A DNA stretch of 63,343 bases, the filler included, from Rhabdomonas costata (Eukaryota): assembly GCA_019059605.1 (NCBI GenBank). It is 57 parts of 57 records of this genome, joined end to end, with 100 filler letters (N's around TTAATTAATTAA, not from the genome) between each part and the next. Parts side by side here need not be neighbours in the genome. Positions count along the whole stretch, not along the records: positions 36,733 to 37,745 come from JAHMHO010033577.1; positions 37,846 to 38,858 come from JAHMHO010033578.1; positions 38,959 to 39,971 come from JAHMHO010033579.1; positions 40,072 to 41,084 come from JAHMHO010033580.1; positions 41,185 to 42,196 come from JAHMHO010033581.1; positions 42,297 to 43,309 come from JAHMHO010033582.1; positions 43,410 to 44,422 come from JAHMHO010033583.1; positions 44,523 to 45,535 come from JAHMHO010033584.1; 49 more parts are not named here. One strand, 5' to 3'. A model generated the notes under the pieces. That model did not search any database, was not told the origin of the DNA, and worked only from the letters and a program-made list of their open reading frames with translations. Numbering within the stretch: position 1 is the first letter of the stretch; each line of letters opens with the position of its first letter. Position numbers and translations under genes: made by a program. Positions 36,977 to 48,666 of the stretch are shown piece after piece.

Positions 36977-39900
36977 CTGCGCAAGAAAAACAAAGGGTTA
37001 AGAAAAGCGAAGAAAACAGCAAAATCTTCATCGAGTGCAATCCGCACGTGACACTCGGTGGCAACCTAAATTAAGTACGAAAAAGCAGCTCAAACCCACC
37101 GGGTTCCATTTTTCACCTTCAACTGCAGCAATTCAGGGTATTGCAGGCAATGGCAGAGTGCTGGAACACACGTGAACGGGAGCGGCGAGCAAAAGGAAAA
37201 AGGAAAGAAAAGAAAAGGTTCCATTTTTCTGTGGGCTAACCAGTTGCCGGACGATTCGGATTCGGATTCAGAGGCAGAGAGAGGCCCACCGTTTTCGTTT
37301 TGTCAGCAGCAGTTCGAAAACTTTTGGAGGTAGGCGACGCTCCTCAAAAAATGAACGGCAAACTTTCGGCACCAAGAGAATCCTAGTACCCATCCCTAGC
37401 ACCAACAGGTGCAGTCAGGGGAGAGCGCAGGAGACAACAACTCGGTCACACACCGGTGCAACAGCGCCATCCTCGAATTCGGCAGTGTTCTTCGGCTTCT
37501 CTGCGCAACACAAGCCACAACTTGAGACGATTGCGCAGTGAGAAGGAGAACACCCAAAAGTGGACCCCGTCACGTCATTTCGTTTTGTGTTCAATAAAAG
37601 AGGTAAGGACACTGACCTGTGGATTCTTTTACACCCGAAGAGCTGCCCAAGTTGTCTTCCAGTGGGAGGTTCCCGGAAGCGGGGCTGATCTGGCCAGTAC
37701 AAACGCCATCTAAGTCCGCTGCCTCAGCTGACGGGTTCACGGAATNNNNNNNNNNNNNNNNNNNNNNNNNNNNNNNNNNNNNNNNNNNNTTAATTAATTA
37801 ANNNNNNNNNNNNNNNNNNNNNNNNNNNNNNNNNNNNNNNNNNNNGGGTTGGTTTAAAACAGCGTACTGCGCGGAATGAGAGTCGGCCAGGGGGTTCCGG
37901 TGGGGTCGGACGCGAACGGGAAAGCGGCACCATTTCGTTCGCGCCACCCCATCTGAGTAGCCATCATCTCTCAAGGCCATCCCGAGGACTGGGTCACGCG
38001 AGCCACAGCGCAAACCTCACCACCACCCAGCTGACTCACCGCTCTCCTTCTCCCGCTTTGCTTTCCCACAGGCAGTGTGATGCCCACAAATGGAATCACA
38101 ACAGAAATCGGAGTGATGAGAGGAGAAATCATCAACACCCCCTCCCCAAATTTATTCATAAAGAAGCAAAAATGCACCTTCTATGCCCCGCAATGGCTTC
38201 GTCTGTGCGAAATGCAACACTCCCAGAAACAATGCCAATACTCAACATAAAGCACAAAGGAATAGTTTGAACTGCGATTTTGGGTAGCTGCGGCTCAGCC
38301 CCCTCCCCCACCAACCGCATCGAAATTCGAAATTCTTGCAAGTCAGGATGTTAGCCTCGAGAAATCAGGCTCGAATATTATTTGGAAAGCAAAAATGCAC
38401 CCTCATGAGAAGAATGTTTAAGGATCGGAACTCCCTCCCCTCAGCCGATAAGCCACCGGCATCCCGCATCCCGCGTTGGGCAATCAGTTCTTACTCAACA
38501 GATGACAGGTTGTCTCAAAAGCATTTTGTCTCTCAGGCGCCGCCCGTGGCATCCCTGCTGTTTGCGAGTGTGTGTGTTATAACCGGAGAATGGGGCGGTT
38601 CTCGGAACATCGTGACGATGACCTGGTCCAGCACGTGTGTATGGATGTGAATGTGCAGATTTGGAACAGCGCATATGCGCCAGATAGGGGGCACAGTGCG
38701 ACAAAAGCAGCTCCCGCTCACGCTAAGGTCCCATAGCGTCCCTGGGGAGGGCCCTCATGGTCTTCAAGCTCATGGGTGGGAAGCTGCTCGTACCTGTGCG
38801 GAACAGGACGCCAACCTTCCACAACGAGAGAAAGTCATATCAAGAAAAACAACAAAACNNNNNNNNNNNNNNNNNNNNNNNNNNNNNNNNNNNNNNNNNN
38901 NNTTAATTAATTAANNNNNNNNNNNNNNNNNNNNNNNNNNNNNNNNNNNNNNNNNNNNTGTTGGTGGGCCCCACTTTTTTATTGCATTTGAAGGACCCAA
39001 GTACCTACTGGTCGTGACAAACAACCTGTTCGCAGATGAGTGTGCACCTCGCAGTGTTCCGACAAGAAACGCGCATTCTAAAGACTCATCGGCCCTTCTG
39101 CTGCACATGTGGCGATCTACGCCCGAGAAACACTTCCGCAAGTTGCTTGCCACACAACAGTATAACAGTACATATAAGTATTAATTTGATTTAAAAATCA
39201 AAAACGCTCCCATACCTTGTTGCGAGCAGTTCTGCCCATAACTCATGGGTATCGCATGCCATCGGTTTTCTCCATACTGGACAAGTCAAACGCCATACAC
39301 GAAGAGAGCCTGACGGAGCATAGAAACAGAGATGACAACTTGTCTAAGTTATTTTTTGTCGTTTGTCGCAGGAACCTACCAAAATATCATCCGGGAACAT
39401 CAGGCCACGATAACAAAATGATCAAGCAACCTGCCCCTAATGCATTGCAGGATGTTGAAGTCTTCCAGGCAAGCCACGCCAGCTTGTGAGGCCAATGCGT
39501 GAATGGAAGAATTTTGCCCTACGCTGCTCCCAGGTGTGCCAGCATGTCAACGTTGCAGTCCTTTGCGCATCACTTTCCTGGATGCCTAAGCAAATCAAAG
39601 CTGTGATGCATACCCCCATGGCTTTTTTCGACTTGAAAATTTCAAACCGTTCACAAGAAATTTTGCCCGCGTCTTTCTCATCTCCAAGCATACACGCTCG
39701 TCAACAGCGCTCACCATGCTTGATAACCTAAAAGAAAGTGCTCCTTTCACATCCAATACATCATCCTTTCACATCCAACTATTCTGCTCCATCGCCGAAC
39801 TCTTCAGCTTCTTTGCCCAACTATTCAAGATCCATCTGATACGCGGAGGTGTGAACTATTTCACACACGGACATTAGTTCAGCAGCTCAAAGTCTGCAAA

Positions 39901-40398
39901 CCTGCATTAGAGTCAAGATTGGTGACATTAGGAGTGTCACACTTAAACTTAAACTTAAACTGTTAAACTTGNNNNNNNNNNNNNNNNNNNNNNNNNNNNN
40001 NNNNNNNNNNNNNNNTTAATTAATTAANNNNNNNNNNNNNNNNNNNNNNNNNNNNNNNNNNNNNNNNNNNNTTTTTGGTGGCTTTGTTCTGCGAGGACAT
40101 GTCATGGCGGGCTTGTGATGTTGACTGGTCGTCGTGAACAAATATGTCCAATGTATTATTGTTCCATGTTTTGCACAGAAATTCATAGAAATTCGAAAAT
40201 TTTGAGCGAGCCTCCTCGTCGTCGCTGGTGGCGAGTTTGTGGCGCTTCACTTCAGGGAGTTTCGCGGTGTCTCTCCGTGACCTGGCCGATACCTTCTGCA
40301 AGAAATTTTCAAAAAGAAATGGATTTTTACGAAACATTTCGATAGTTGTGGATGTTTTCGAATGCGGTGGAACAATGTATTTCGTGTTTGCTCTGCAG

Positions 40399-41061
40399 GT
40401 TGTGCTGGAGCTCGACCTCTCCGTGCTTGTGCTGAATCCGGTGTTCTGGCCCATCAGCAAGGCGGATAAATTGGATACCCTGAACCTTCCCCCTTTGCTT
40501 TCAGAGGCTTACGAGCGCTTCCGGAACTTCTATTGCCGCAAGTTCCCCGGCCGGTATGCCCTTTTAGTAGTATTGCAGAGAAAGCCCACCGGATTTTGAG
40601 TAGCTTTGTTTGTTGGTAGCTTTCAGGAGTTCTGTGACACTACAACCCGAGTGGTTGGGTGTGTGTGGGACAGTGTGAAAAGCATGCCCGTGAGTTATTG
40701 CGGTCAAAACAGACGCTCAACACACGCACACACACGCACAATCCAAAAAGTGAATTTTGAATGTCGGGCAGTCGATACTTAACGGTGAGATTTGCTATTG
40801 CATTCTTGCCTCGAACCGTGGAGTGTAGAGTGTGGAGTACAGGGTATTGTTGTATTTGTGTTTGTGCTCGTATTTGTTTGCAGGAAACTGATGAAGCTTG
40901 TGCACTCCGTGGGCACGCTGACACTGGTCATCAGTTTTCCCAGTGGGCAGAAGGAGCTAACGATGACCACGGTGCAGGGGCTGGTGGTGGAGCAGCTCAG
41001 CCACGGCACTCCAATGAGCATCACGGACCTCGTTAAGGCCCTGGACGTGCCGATTGAAACG
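40399..41061 (+). CDS. Cullin-family protein, exons 40399-40553 and 40884-41061
   Basis: LSVLVLNPVFWP...LPPLLSEAYERFRNFYCRKFPGR|KL...HSVGTLTL...KELTMTTVQGLV matches V.VL....WP, F..FY..K..GRKL and L.V.T.Q. Phase-2 GT-AG intron. Confidence 0.88.
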
Positions 41062-44000
41062 GTGCGGTGCGCTGCAACACAACCNNNNNNNNNNNNNNNN
41101 NNNNNNNNNNNNNNNNNNNNNNNNNNNNTTAATTAATTAANNNNNNNNNNNNNNNNNNNNNNNNNNNNNNNNNNNNNNNNNNNNGTTTTTTTGGTAGGCT
41201 GCAGGGCCCTTAGTATATCTCAACTCAGATGGAATCTTATGCAACCAACATAGATAAGATGACGGTTGGTTCTTAAAGAATTCTACCAGCACCCAGCAAT
41301 TTTATTTATAGAAACCATTGCATCATTGTATATGGGGCATATGGGGTATATGGGGCACCCGGAAGATGTTGGAATTAGTAGGACCCTTACCATCCTCTAC
41401 ACGGCTGAATGTGCAGGATATCCTCACAGGGATGCCGTTCCAGAATCAAAAATAGCCCAGCAAAAAGGTTATTGATGCAACCGTGCAGCCTGTCAGCCCT
41501 CGTGATGGAATCGCTTTATATTCTTATTTCTGGGGAGAGGGAAGCGGGTTTGGGTTGATTTGCCCGCTGAAATGGAATGGGGCATGGGGAGGAAAAACAG
41601 AACTTTTTTGTGGGGCGTTAACCGTTTAGCACTAAACGTTTAGATCAGAACGCAAGGGCGCTCCGCCCTCGTGCAGCCCGGTTGGCCTGCAGGTCCCCCT
41701 TACGCCTTAGCGTAAGCCTGGGTGCTTCAGTGTTTGGCACTCACGGATGCCATTGCCTGCACTCTTTCTGTCTGTGTGCTTCCCTTCGCTCCCCAGCAAT
41801 CCTTCCCATCTGCTTGGCCTGGCCGCCGTGGTCGCTCCCCTCCCTGGTCTCCACTCCCCATTCCGGGTCGTCCTTTCCCATCCCATCCTTCTGAGGTCCT
41901 GTTTACCTCTTGGTTCCCACGGCATTGACACCTCTGCTGCACCTGCTGCCCATTTCTGCTGCATCCCCCTCCCCCACACACTCACTGTCTTTTCTGCGCG
42001 TCACCTCCACGGGTGGTACTTTCCGCAACCGCAACCGACCGTGCCACGCACAGAAGGTCAACAAGAGATGAAGGTAAGGAGAGGGGAAAATGGGAATAGA
42101 GGGTTGGGTTCTCCTACGCACCCAGCGATGAGTAGGAGACTTCCAAAGTGACACAAAACCCCAAGAACACACGCGAAAGGTTGAAACCCAAAAAAANNNN
42201 NNNNNNNNNNNNNNNNNNNNNNNNNNNNNNNNNNNNNNNNTTAATTAATTAANNNNNNNNNNNNNNNNNNNNNNNNNNNNNNNNNNNNNNNNNNNNGTTG
42301 GTTGTGAAAAAGGTCGAGTAGACCCCCAGCTAAAGACCCAGAAGATGAATCCGTTAACGACTCTTTCTTGTCAGCTTCCATCGCCTCAAACGATCCATCT
42401 TCTGGGTCTTTAGCTGGGGGTCTACTCGACCTTTTTTACAACCTGTGCCGTTCACGTATAGCCTTCGTATCGCCATCTCCCAGTGGCCTTCTACTTGCTT
42501 ACTTTATCGTTGCCTCTCGTGCGTGGGGCGTCTGGATTCCAGACTGCCAGTTTCATTCCCATACAAGGGTCGAAGTTCAACACAGCAGGAATCACGGCTC
42601 TCACATATGTGTCTCACATGCTGCCATCGTAGTGTTCACGTGTCCGTAGAGAGTTGGGTTCACAACTTTTTTCAGCTAGATATGGCAGTCTCAGTAAAGC
42701 TTCCAGGGTCTTTCCTGCACTCACCGCTTGGAGATCCCGAAGGACTTCCTCTGACACCAAATGCGAATACCACCCTCATAAGAGGAACCCCGAAGACCAA
42801 ACCCAACCCAGAACCAAGAAAGCAAAAAAGTCCCCAGTGATCGCGGCCATCACCTTGACCCCTTCAAAAATCCCTAGGCGGCACACCACTCACGAAACAC
42901 CAAATTGAAGATTTCTGGCCTTCCGGCGGGTTTAGATATGGCCTTGGGGGTGGGTGCCCCCCAGACAACGAGTTACGTGAAAGAGGCTTTTTTGTTTCTA
43001 CATTCGCACTGGCATGAACTTTCTGAACTCCTCACTTCCAAGTTTTGCTTTCCCATCCCATCAAATGAGCCCAAAAATGCAAAGAAACACCCACCCTCGC
43101 AGGAACCACAATGACAAATGCACTGGGCCACGGCGGCGAGCTGAACTTCCATGTACGCGCCAACCTATGTGAGCTGATGAGTTTTGTGTTCACATGATGG
43201 GAACTCCCAAGCATCAGAGCAGGAGTTTTATCTCCCATCAATCCACCTACCCCACTCAATAGTGAACAAGACAACCTTCCTGAACTAACCCCCCCCCTCC
43301 CACCACCCCNNNNNNNNNNNNNNNNNNNNNNNNNNNNNNNNNNNNNNNNNNNNTTAATTAATTAANNNNNNNNNNNNNNNNNNNNNNNNNNNNNNNNNNN
43401 NNNNNNNNNGGTTGTGTGGAATTTCTCACGTTGGTTTTAGAGTTGCAGTTCTGTAATTCTAGGGGCGTATATTGGGGCCAAGGTGAGGTGGGTCTTTGGT
43501 TGTGGAGTGAAGGATGGGATTTACGACCTTTTCACTTTCTCTGGGAAGGGAATTGCTGCAAAGTGGAAGGAAATATTCACGGATGAACACCAACGAAGGT
43601 TGCTTTACGCGAGTTTTGAATAAGGAGAGGGAGAGGGAGAGTTGATTTAAAGGTCCAGCGAAGATCTTCCTTTCCGGCGCTGGGCAGCGAGGACACGATC
43701 TGACAACCGTTGTGAACAAGCGCGGCTCGGGTGAGTTGGTGACAGCGCCTATTGGTTTGGAAAAACGGAATCGTTTGTGCGCGGAATTCGGGCTTTTTTG
43801 CACTCTTCGGCGGGCTGAAATTGCCTTGGCCGCTAACTAGGTGACCGCCCCAAATCTGTATGGTTGGTCAGGTTTCAGGGCTGGTGCGTGCGGGGTCGAC
43901 CGTTCCACCGGGCTGGCTGCCCCATATCTTCCTATGAAAGCTGTCTGTCTCACAATATTAGCGCACCCACCCACAACGGTGCGCAAAAGTCGAATGGAAC

Positions 44001-44544
44001 ATGTTACGAACCGGCTTGGTAACCGGCTCTTCCGAAACCCGGAAACTAAGACCGGGGGATGCGGACCGCTGCTCGGTCCAATCCTCAACAAGGGATCGGG
44101 ATAAAATTCCCCATAGCGTCGCTATTGGGATGAAGCCGCTCTTCATTCCCGGCGACCGCCAAGGAGCAAAATGCAAGCAGGGAGAAAAAGGGCCGCAACA
44201 ACCCACTCGGGCACATGGCGCCCTAGATATGGAATGCCAAGCCCCTTGGGGCAAAGGATTCCGGCCCACCGGGGTGTGGTGCGACCGGAGCGGGAATTTT
44301 AATCGCTGGCTGTGCTGTCGCTTGCCCTCGTGCTCTGTGGTACGCTGTGCACCCTTTTATGGTCACCCCCGTTTGTTGCCTTCGACTTCGACTTTTCCAA
44401 GGCCCTTCCGGGCCCCCAACCCNNNNNNNNNNNNNNNNNNNNNNNNNNNNNNNNNNNNNNNNNNNNTTAATTAATTAANNNNNNNNNNNNNNNNNNNNNN
44501 NNNNNNNNNNNNNNNNNNNNNNTGTTTTGGTAAAGAACTAATAG

Positions 44545-44965
44545 CTAATTGTTAGCATTATCAGTTGTAATAACAGGTTGATTATTTTTATTATATTTAA
44601 CAGCACAATGATAACTATCATATGGAGAAAAATTTCTTGACCATCTACTTACACAAAATGTACTAGCTCTCAATTCTCGTTCTACATATGAATTTACTGA
44701 TGGTTCATATTCATATGCAGATCCTAGACCTTGTCGTTCTGATGAATTATAAAGTTGTTGTGTAAGTATTGGTTTATTTGAACTACTTGTCATTGATACA
44801 ATCTTTAATGCCTTATCTGGATCTAGTGCTAATGAAGGAATGAAAACAGGTGCAATTTTTGTTTCTTTTAAATTTGTAAAAATATTTTGTGTTTCAGCAT
44901 TTACAGATGAAATTGTATTTAAATTTGAAATTAAACTATTCGTTAATGAATTTAATTTATCATTA
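44545..44965 (-). CDS. AT-rich intronless hypothetical protein, inverted copy lacking its N-terminus (same gene as 45326-45535)
   Basis: NDKLNSLTNSLISNLNTISSVNAETQN...KIAPVFIPSLALDPDKALKIVSMTSSS is identical to the + strand ORF apart from a 7-codon indel, and continues about 75 aa further. Confidence 0.65.
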
Positions 44966-44990
44966 ACGAATAGTTTAATTTCAAATTTTT

Positions 44991-45247
44991 CAATCATCAG
45001 AGAAGAAATCATCAAATATACAAAAAAACCATAATTCAGAGTCTGAATCTAATATTTCACTTTCTGAATTAGAAAATATTAAAGATTTTATAAAAATCAA
45101 GATAAATATGCACATACAGATCATCATGATGATTCTGAAACAATAAGTGATCTTGAAAAAGTATTACATCAAACGAATTCTGAGAATTCTCATTTTTGTA
45201 GTTCTGAATCAGCATTTGAACATAATTTACCACATTTTAGAAAATAA
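44991..45247 (+). CDS. C-terminal part of an AT-rich hypothetical protein (one apparent A-homopolymer frameshift near 45095)
   Basis: QSSEKKSSNIQKNHNSESESNISLSELENIKDFIK / NQDKYAHTDHHDDSETISDLEKVLHQ...LPHFRK*; stop at 45245-45247. Confidence 0.5.
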
Positions 45248-45255
45248 ATTGTTAA

Positions 45256-45286
45256 TTTAAATAATTAAATATTTTAATTATTTAAA
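45256..45286. terminator. Perfect 14-bp A/T-only hairpin in a 78-nt intergenic gap; candidate Mimiviridae-type 3'-end (hairpin rule) signal
   Basis: TTTAAATAATTAAA-TAT-TTTAATTATTTAAA begins 9 nt after a stop codon. The hairpin is seen directly; its function is inferred. Confidence 0.5.
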
Positions 45287-45325
45287 CATATGTCATAAGA
45301 AATTTAAAAATAATATAATTTATAT

Positions 45326-45535
45326 ATGACAACAACATTTAATGACTATCAAGCTAAGATCACACAATTTAATGATAAATTAAATTCATTAACGAATAGT
45401 TTAATTTCAAATTTAAATACAATTTCATCTGTAAATGCTGAAACACAAAATACAAAAATTGCACCTGTTTTCATTCCTTCATTAGCACTAGATCCAGATA
45501 AGGCATTAAAGATTGTATCAATGACAAGTAGTTCA
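45326..45535 (+). CDS. AT-rich hypothetical protein, N-terminal part (runs off the contig)
   Basis: MTTTFNDYQAKITQFNDKLNSLTNSL..., ATG preceded by an almost pure A/T leader with no Shine-Dalgarno sequence. Confidence 0.65.
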
Positions 45536-46980
45536 NNNNNNNNNNNNNNNNNNNNNNNNNNNNNNNNNNNNNNNNNNNNTTAATTAATTAANNNNNNNNN
45601 NNNNNNNNNNNNNNNNNNNNNNNNNNNNNNNNNNNGGTTGGGGGGGGGAGTTAAACGACCAGAGAGTGTTGGTTGGGCCCCAGCTGCAGCTGCGAAATTT
45701 CAGGAACATCACACTGGACTCGCCTGGAGAATGTTGATTCCGAGCCTTGCGATCAGAGTGCATTTAGCTCAGAACGTCTTTTGGCCGCGGAGAATGAAGC
45801 GGACTTCCTCCCTCTTCATTGAAAGCACCCATGTACCAGCCAGAAGCCATTTTGGTATTCCCATTTTTACGAGACCTGAGGAAGGACAGGCATCCGGGCG
45901 CGAGGCAATTATTTAACATAATCGGATTGCCCATCTCCATAAATCAAATACTCAGGAAAACGCGAGCAATGCATGATTTCCGGAGAACAGCTTTGACAGC
46001 TTTGACTAAAGCGCAGCAATGAGCTCCTGTTGCACCCCATGGCCAGAAAAATGCCGGAGAATGTGAACAGCAGGTGCAAAGGGTTTGCGGTGGGTAGAAA
46101 TTGGGCACCAAGCAGGCAAACAAGCACACAAACAAGGAGGCCCCCTGCCCGATGATTGGCAAGCTCCGCGCTGGGGTGAGGTAGGACCTACCGCCAGCGC
46201 GCGGCTACTGGACAGACGGACGCCAATTAGGGTAGAGGGCACAGAAGCGAAAAACGGAGAGGAAAGAGAGGGGCACGGCCCACGGGTTGGAAGCAAAGCA
46301 GTGGTAAAGGTGCCACCAGAGAAGGAGCCGAACTGCAGCTGATATTCAAAAGGGTCAATCCTCCCTTGGCCCTCCACCGCCAGTCCCCGCCAGTGTCAAT
46401 TGAGTTTTGTGGCGGACCTTTCTTTCTTAAGGCCCTTGGGTGAGAAGAGAGCCCCCCCCTGAGAACCCCATAGTGAAGATGCGTTTGTGTGGGAGCCAGC
46501 GTCACACGCCCACCCATTTTCGAGAACTGTCCCTTAGTCAAAGAAGAGAAAAACAGAAATCTTTGCTCGATCGTTGTTCGATTACTTTCGTATTGCTACC
46601 TCCTGATACAAAGGCAACCAGCCTTTTTTAAATCAGCATCTCAACCACNNNNNNNNNNNNNNNNNNNNNNNNNNNNNNNNNNNNNNNNNNNNTTAATTAA
46701 TTAANNNNNNNNNNNNNNNNNNNNNNNNNNNNNNNNNNNNNNNNNNNNTTTTGGTGGGCGGTGAATCGGTAATTAGGAAAGTGATCCAAAACATGGAGCT
46801 GCAAGATAATTCGCTCTACCCTACCTCACCCATCCTCTTAGGTAACTATAGATGATTAACCTGTACGATGCAACATGTGTCATCTCCAAGGTCACACTCT
46901 GCCCATCCCTGCATGTGTCAAAAGAACGCCGTGCCGTGTGATATGTGATATATCCAGGCACACAGGCCAGACGCACAGAC

Positions 46981-47444
46981 CGGGCTCAGCCAGGGCTCCT
47001 CGCAGTCGTCCTCCAGACCGTAGTAGTTTCCCGTGGCCGCGGCAATCCGCCTGCGGTCGGCGCGGATCTGCTCCTTCGTCTGCTCCAGCACCCCTACCAC
47101 AACCGCCACCAACACACCAACACCCACCCCGGGATATTTGTGCGTTGTGGAAACCGTGCGTACGGTTCCTTTCTTCCGTATTTGGCAGTTCTTAAAGTTC
47201 TTTGAGTTCTCGTGGTAAACACGCACACCAGGAGCCGGCTGGCTGGTGTGAAGGGTGCGCTCATCGGAATTCATGGGGTGTTGGCAGTACCGAAGCCCTC
47301 TGCCAGCAGCAGAAGCACTACAGAGGGAACGAGCTCACCGGTATATGTGACCTTCTGGAGGTCTTTCCGAAGTCTGCCCCACGATTCCCTCGCTCGCTCA
47401 CGGTGGGCTGCTGCAATGGCAGTGAGTTGAGGTGGCAGCGGCTG
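46981..47444 (-). CDS. Unknown protein, two phase-compatible exons (47444-47339, 47093-46981)
   Basis: QPLPPQLTAIAAAHRERARESWGRLRKDLQKVTYTG|VLEQTKEQIRADRRRIAAATGNYYGLEDDCEEPWLSP, with GTGAGC and GTCTGT donors. Confidence 0.6.
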
Positions 47445-48627
47445 CTGGTGCCGCAGAGAAGCAGCCCGGGCCACGAACGCAAACAAGAAGGAAAATGAGA
47501 TAACATCAGGTGAACACAACAAGCCTGAAAGCCATCTAGTTATACACTGTGCGGGTGGAGTCTAAGAAGAATCAAAAGACCTTTTCTGGCATTCCTTCGA
47601 TGAAGCAGTCGCTTTCTCTTCCTTTCTATATGCGGGCGGGCGGGAACGGGAAATGCAACTGAAGCATGACTTGATGACTCCAGCAAAAACTCACTCATAT
47701 CCTCCCCATCTACCCATCCACCCACCTCCTCGCTGCCCGTGTCCCTCCACACCAAAACNNNNNNNNNNNNNNNNNNNNNNNNNNNNNNNNNNNNNNNNNN
47801 NNTTAATTAATTAANNNNNNNNNNNNNNNNNNNNNNNNNNNNNNNNNNNNNNNNNNNNGTGTGGGGGGTCTATAGAAGAAATTAGCCAAGGTAAAACCCC
47901 TACAACTGGGTGTGTTTTTGGTTATATTTCGACTCGGATTGTTGCCCTGCTTGGGATAGCAGGAAGATGTGATCCCTTGTGGGTGAAAGGAAAGGCATGG
48001 CACCACTCATCATGTATCAGCGAGGAGAAGGGGAAAAGAGGGGGGGACAGCCTTTCACTGAGGTGGGCAACTCCTCCCCGGCTAAGCATCGCCTGCCACT
48101 GCTCCGCCAAAGAAGCGCGGCTGAGGGCAGAGAAGGCCTCCCGCAGGGCACGAGCCTGGGCGTAACCCGAGGAAAGAAACTATCCACCGGACAGCAGAAT
48201 ACTTGCGCGGGCATGAGTCAGTTGGAAGGAACATCTCGCGATCTGTGGCACCCACCTTCGCGCAGTATGCACCAAGATTTTGGGTCCTCATTTGTCTTGC
48301 GGTGGGATGGGGCTGTTAGGAGTTCACTGGTGCCAAACAGGTGTACAAATAAGTTGAGGAATTGATTGACGTCCAGAAATCCGGAAAAGGTGTGACAAGC
48401 CATTTGCCGACTCCCCCCTCACCCCAAGCGAAGCTGATCCCGCGACCCCTCTGGATGCGGGGTGGGGTGGGAAGGAGAGCAATACCAAAAGAAAGACAAG
48501 GGTAAGGGAGCCGGAACCCCACGGCACCGTTCGCTCCGAAGGAGAACCTGTGGCCAACAGCGCGTGGGCCAGTCACAGCGGTCACCAACAGCCAGTTAGG
48601 CAACAGCAAGTGCACTTCACGCCCGAG

Positions 48628-48628
<1 letters not shown>

Positions 48629-48664
<36 letters not shown>
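48629..48664. repeat. (AC)n microsatellite
   Basis: Perfect dinucleotide run. Other microsatellites: (CA)n 52442-52478, (CT)n ~34315-34343, imperfect (CA/CG)n ~34975-35050. Confidence 0.95.

Positions 48665-48666
<2 letters not shown>

Noticed and set aside
39230..39650. Possible hAT transposase relic on the minus strand (..HKLAW.., ENRWHA)
   Set aside because: Only two short motif-like words in broken frames; not enough to call.
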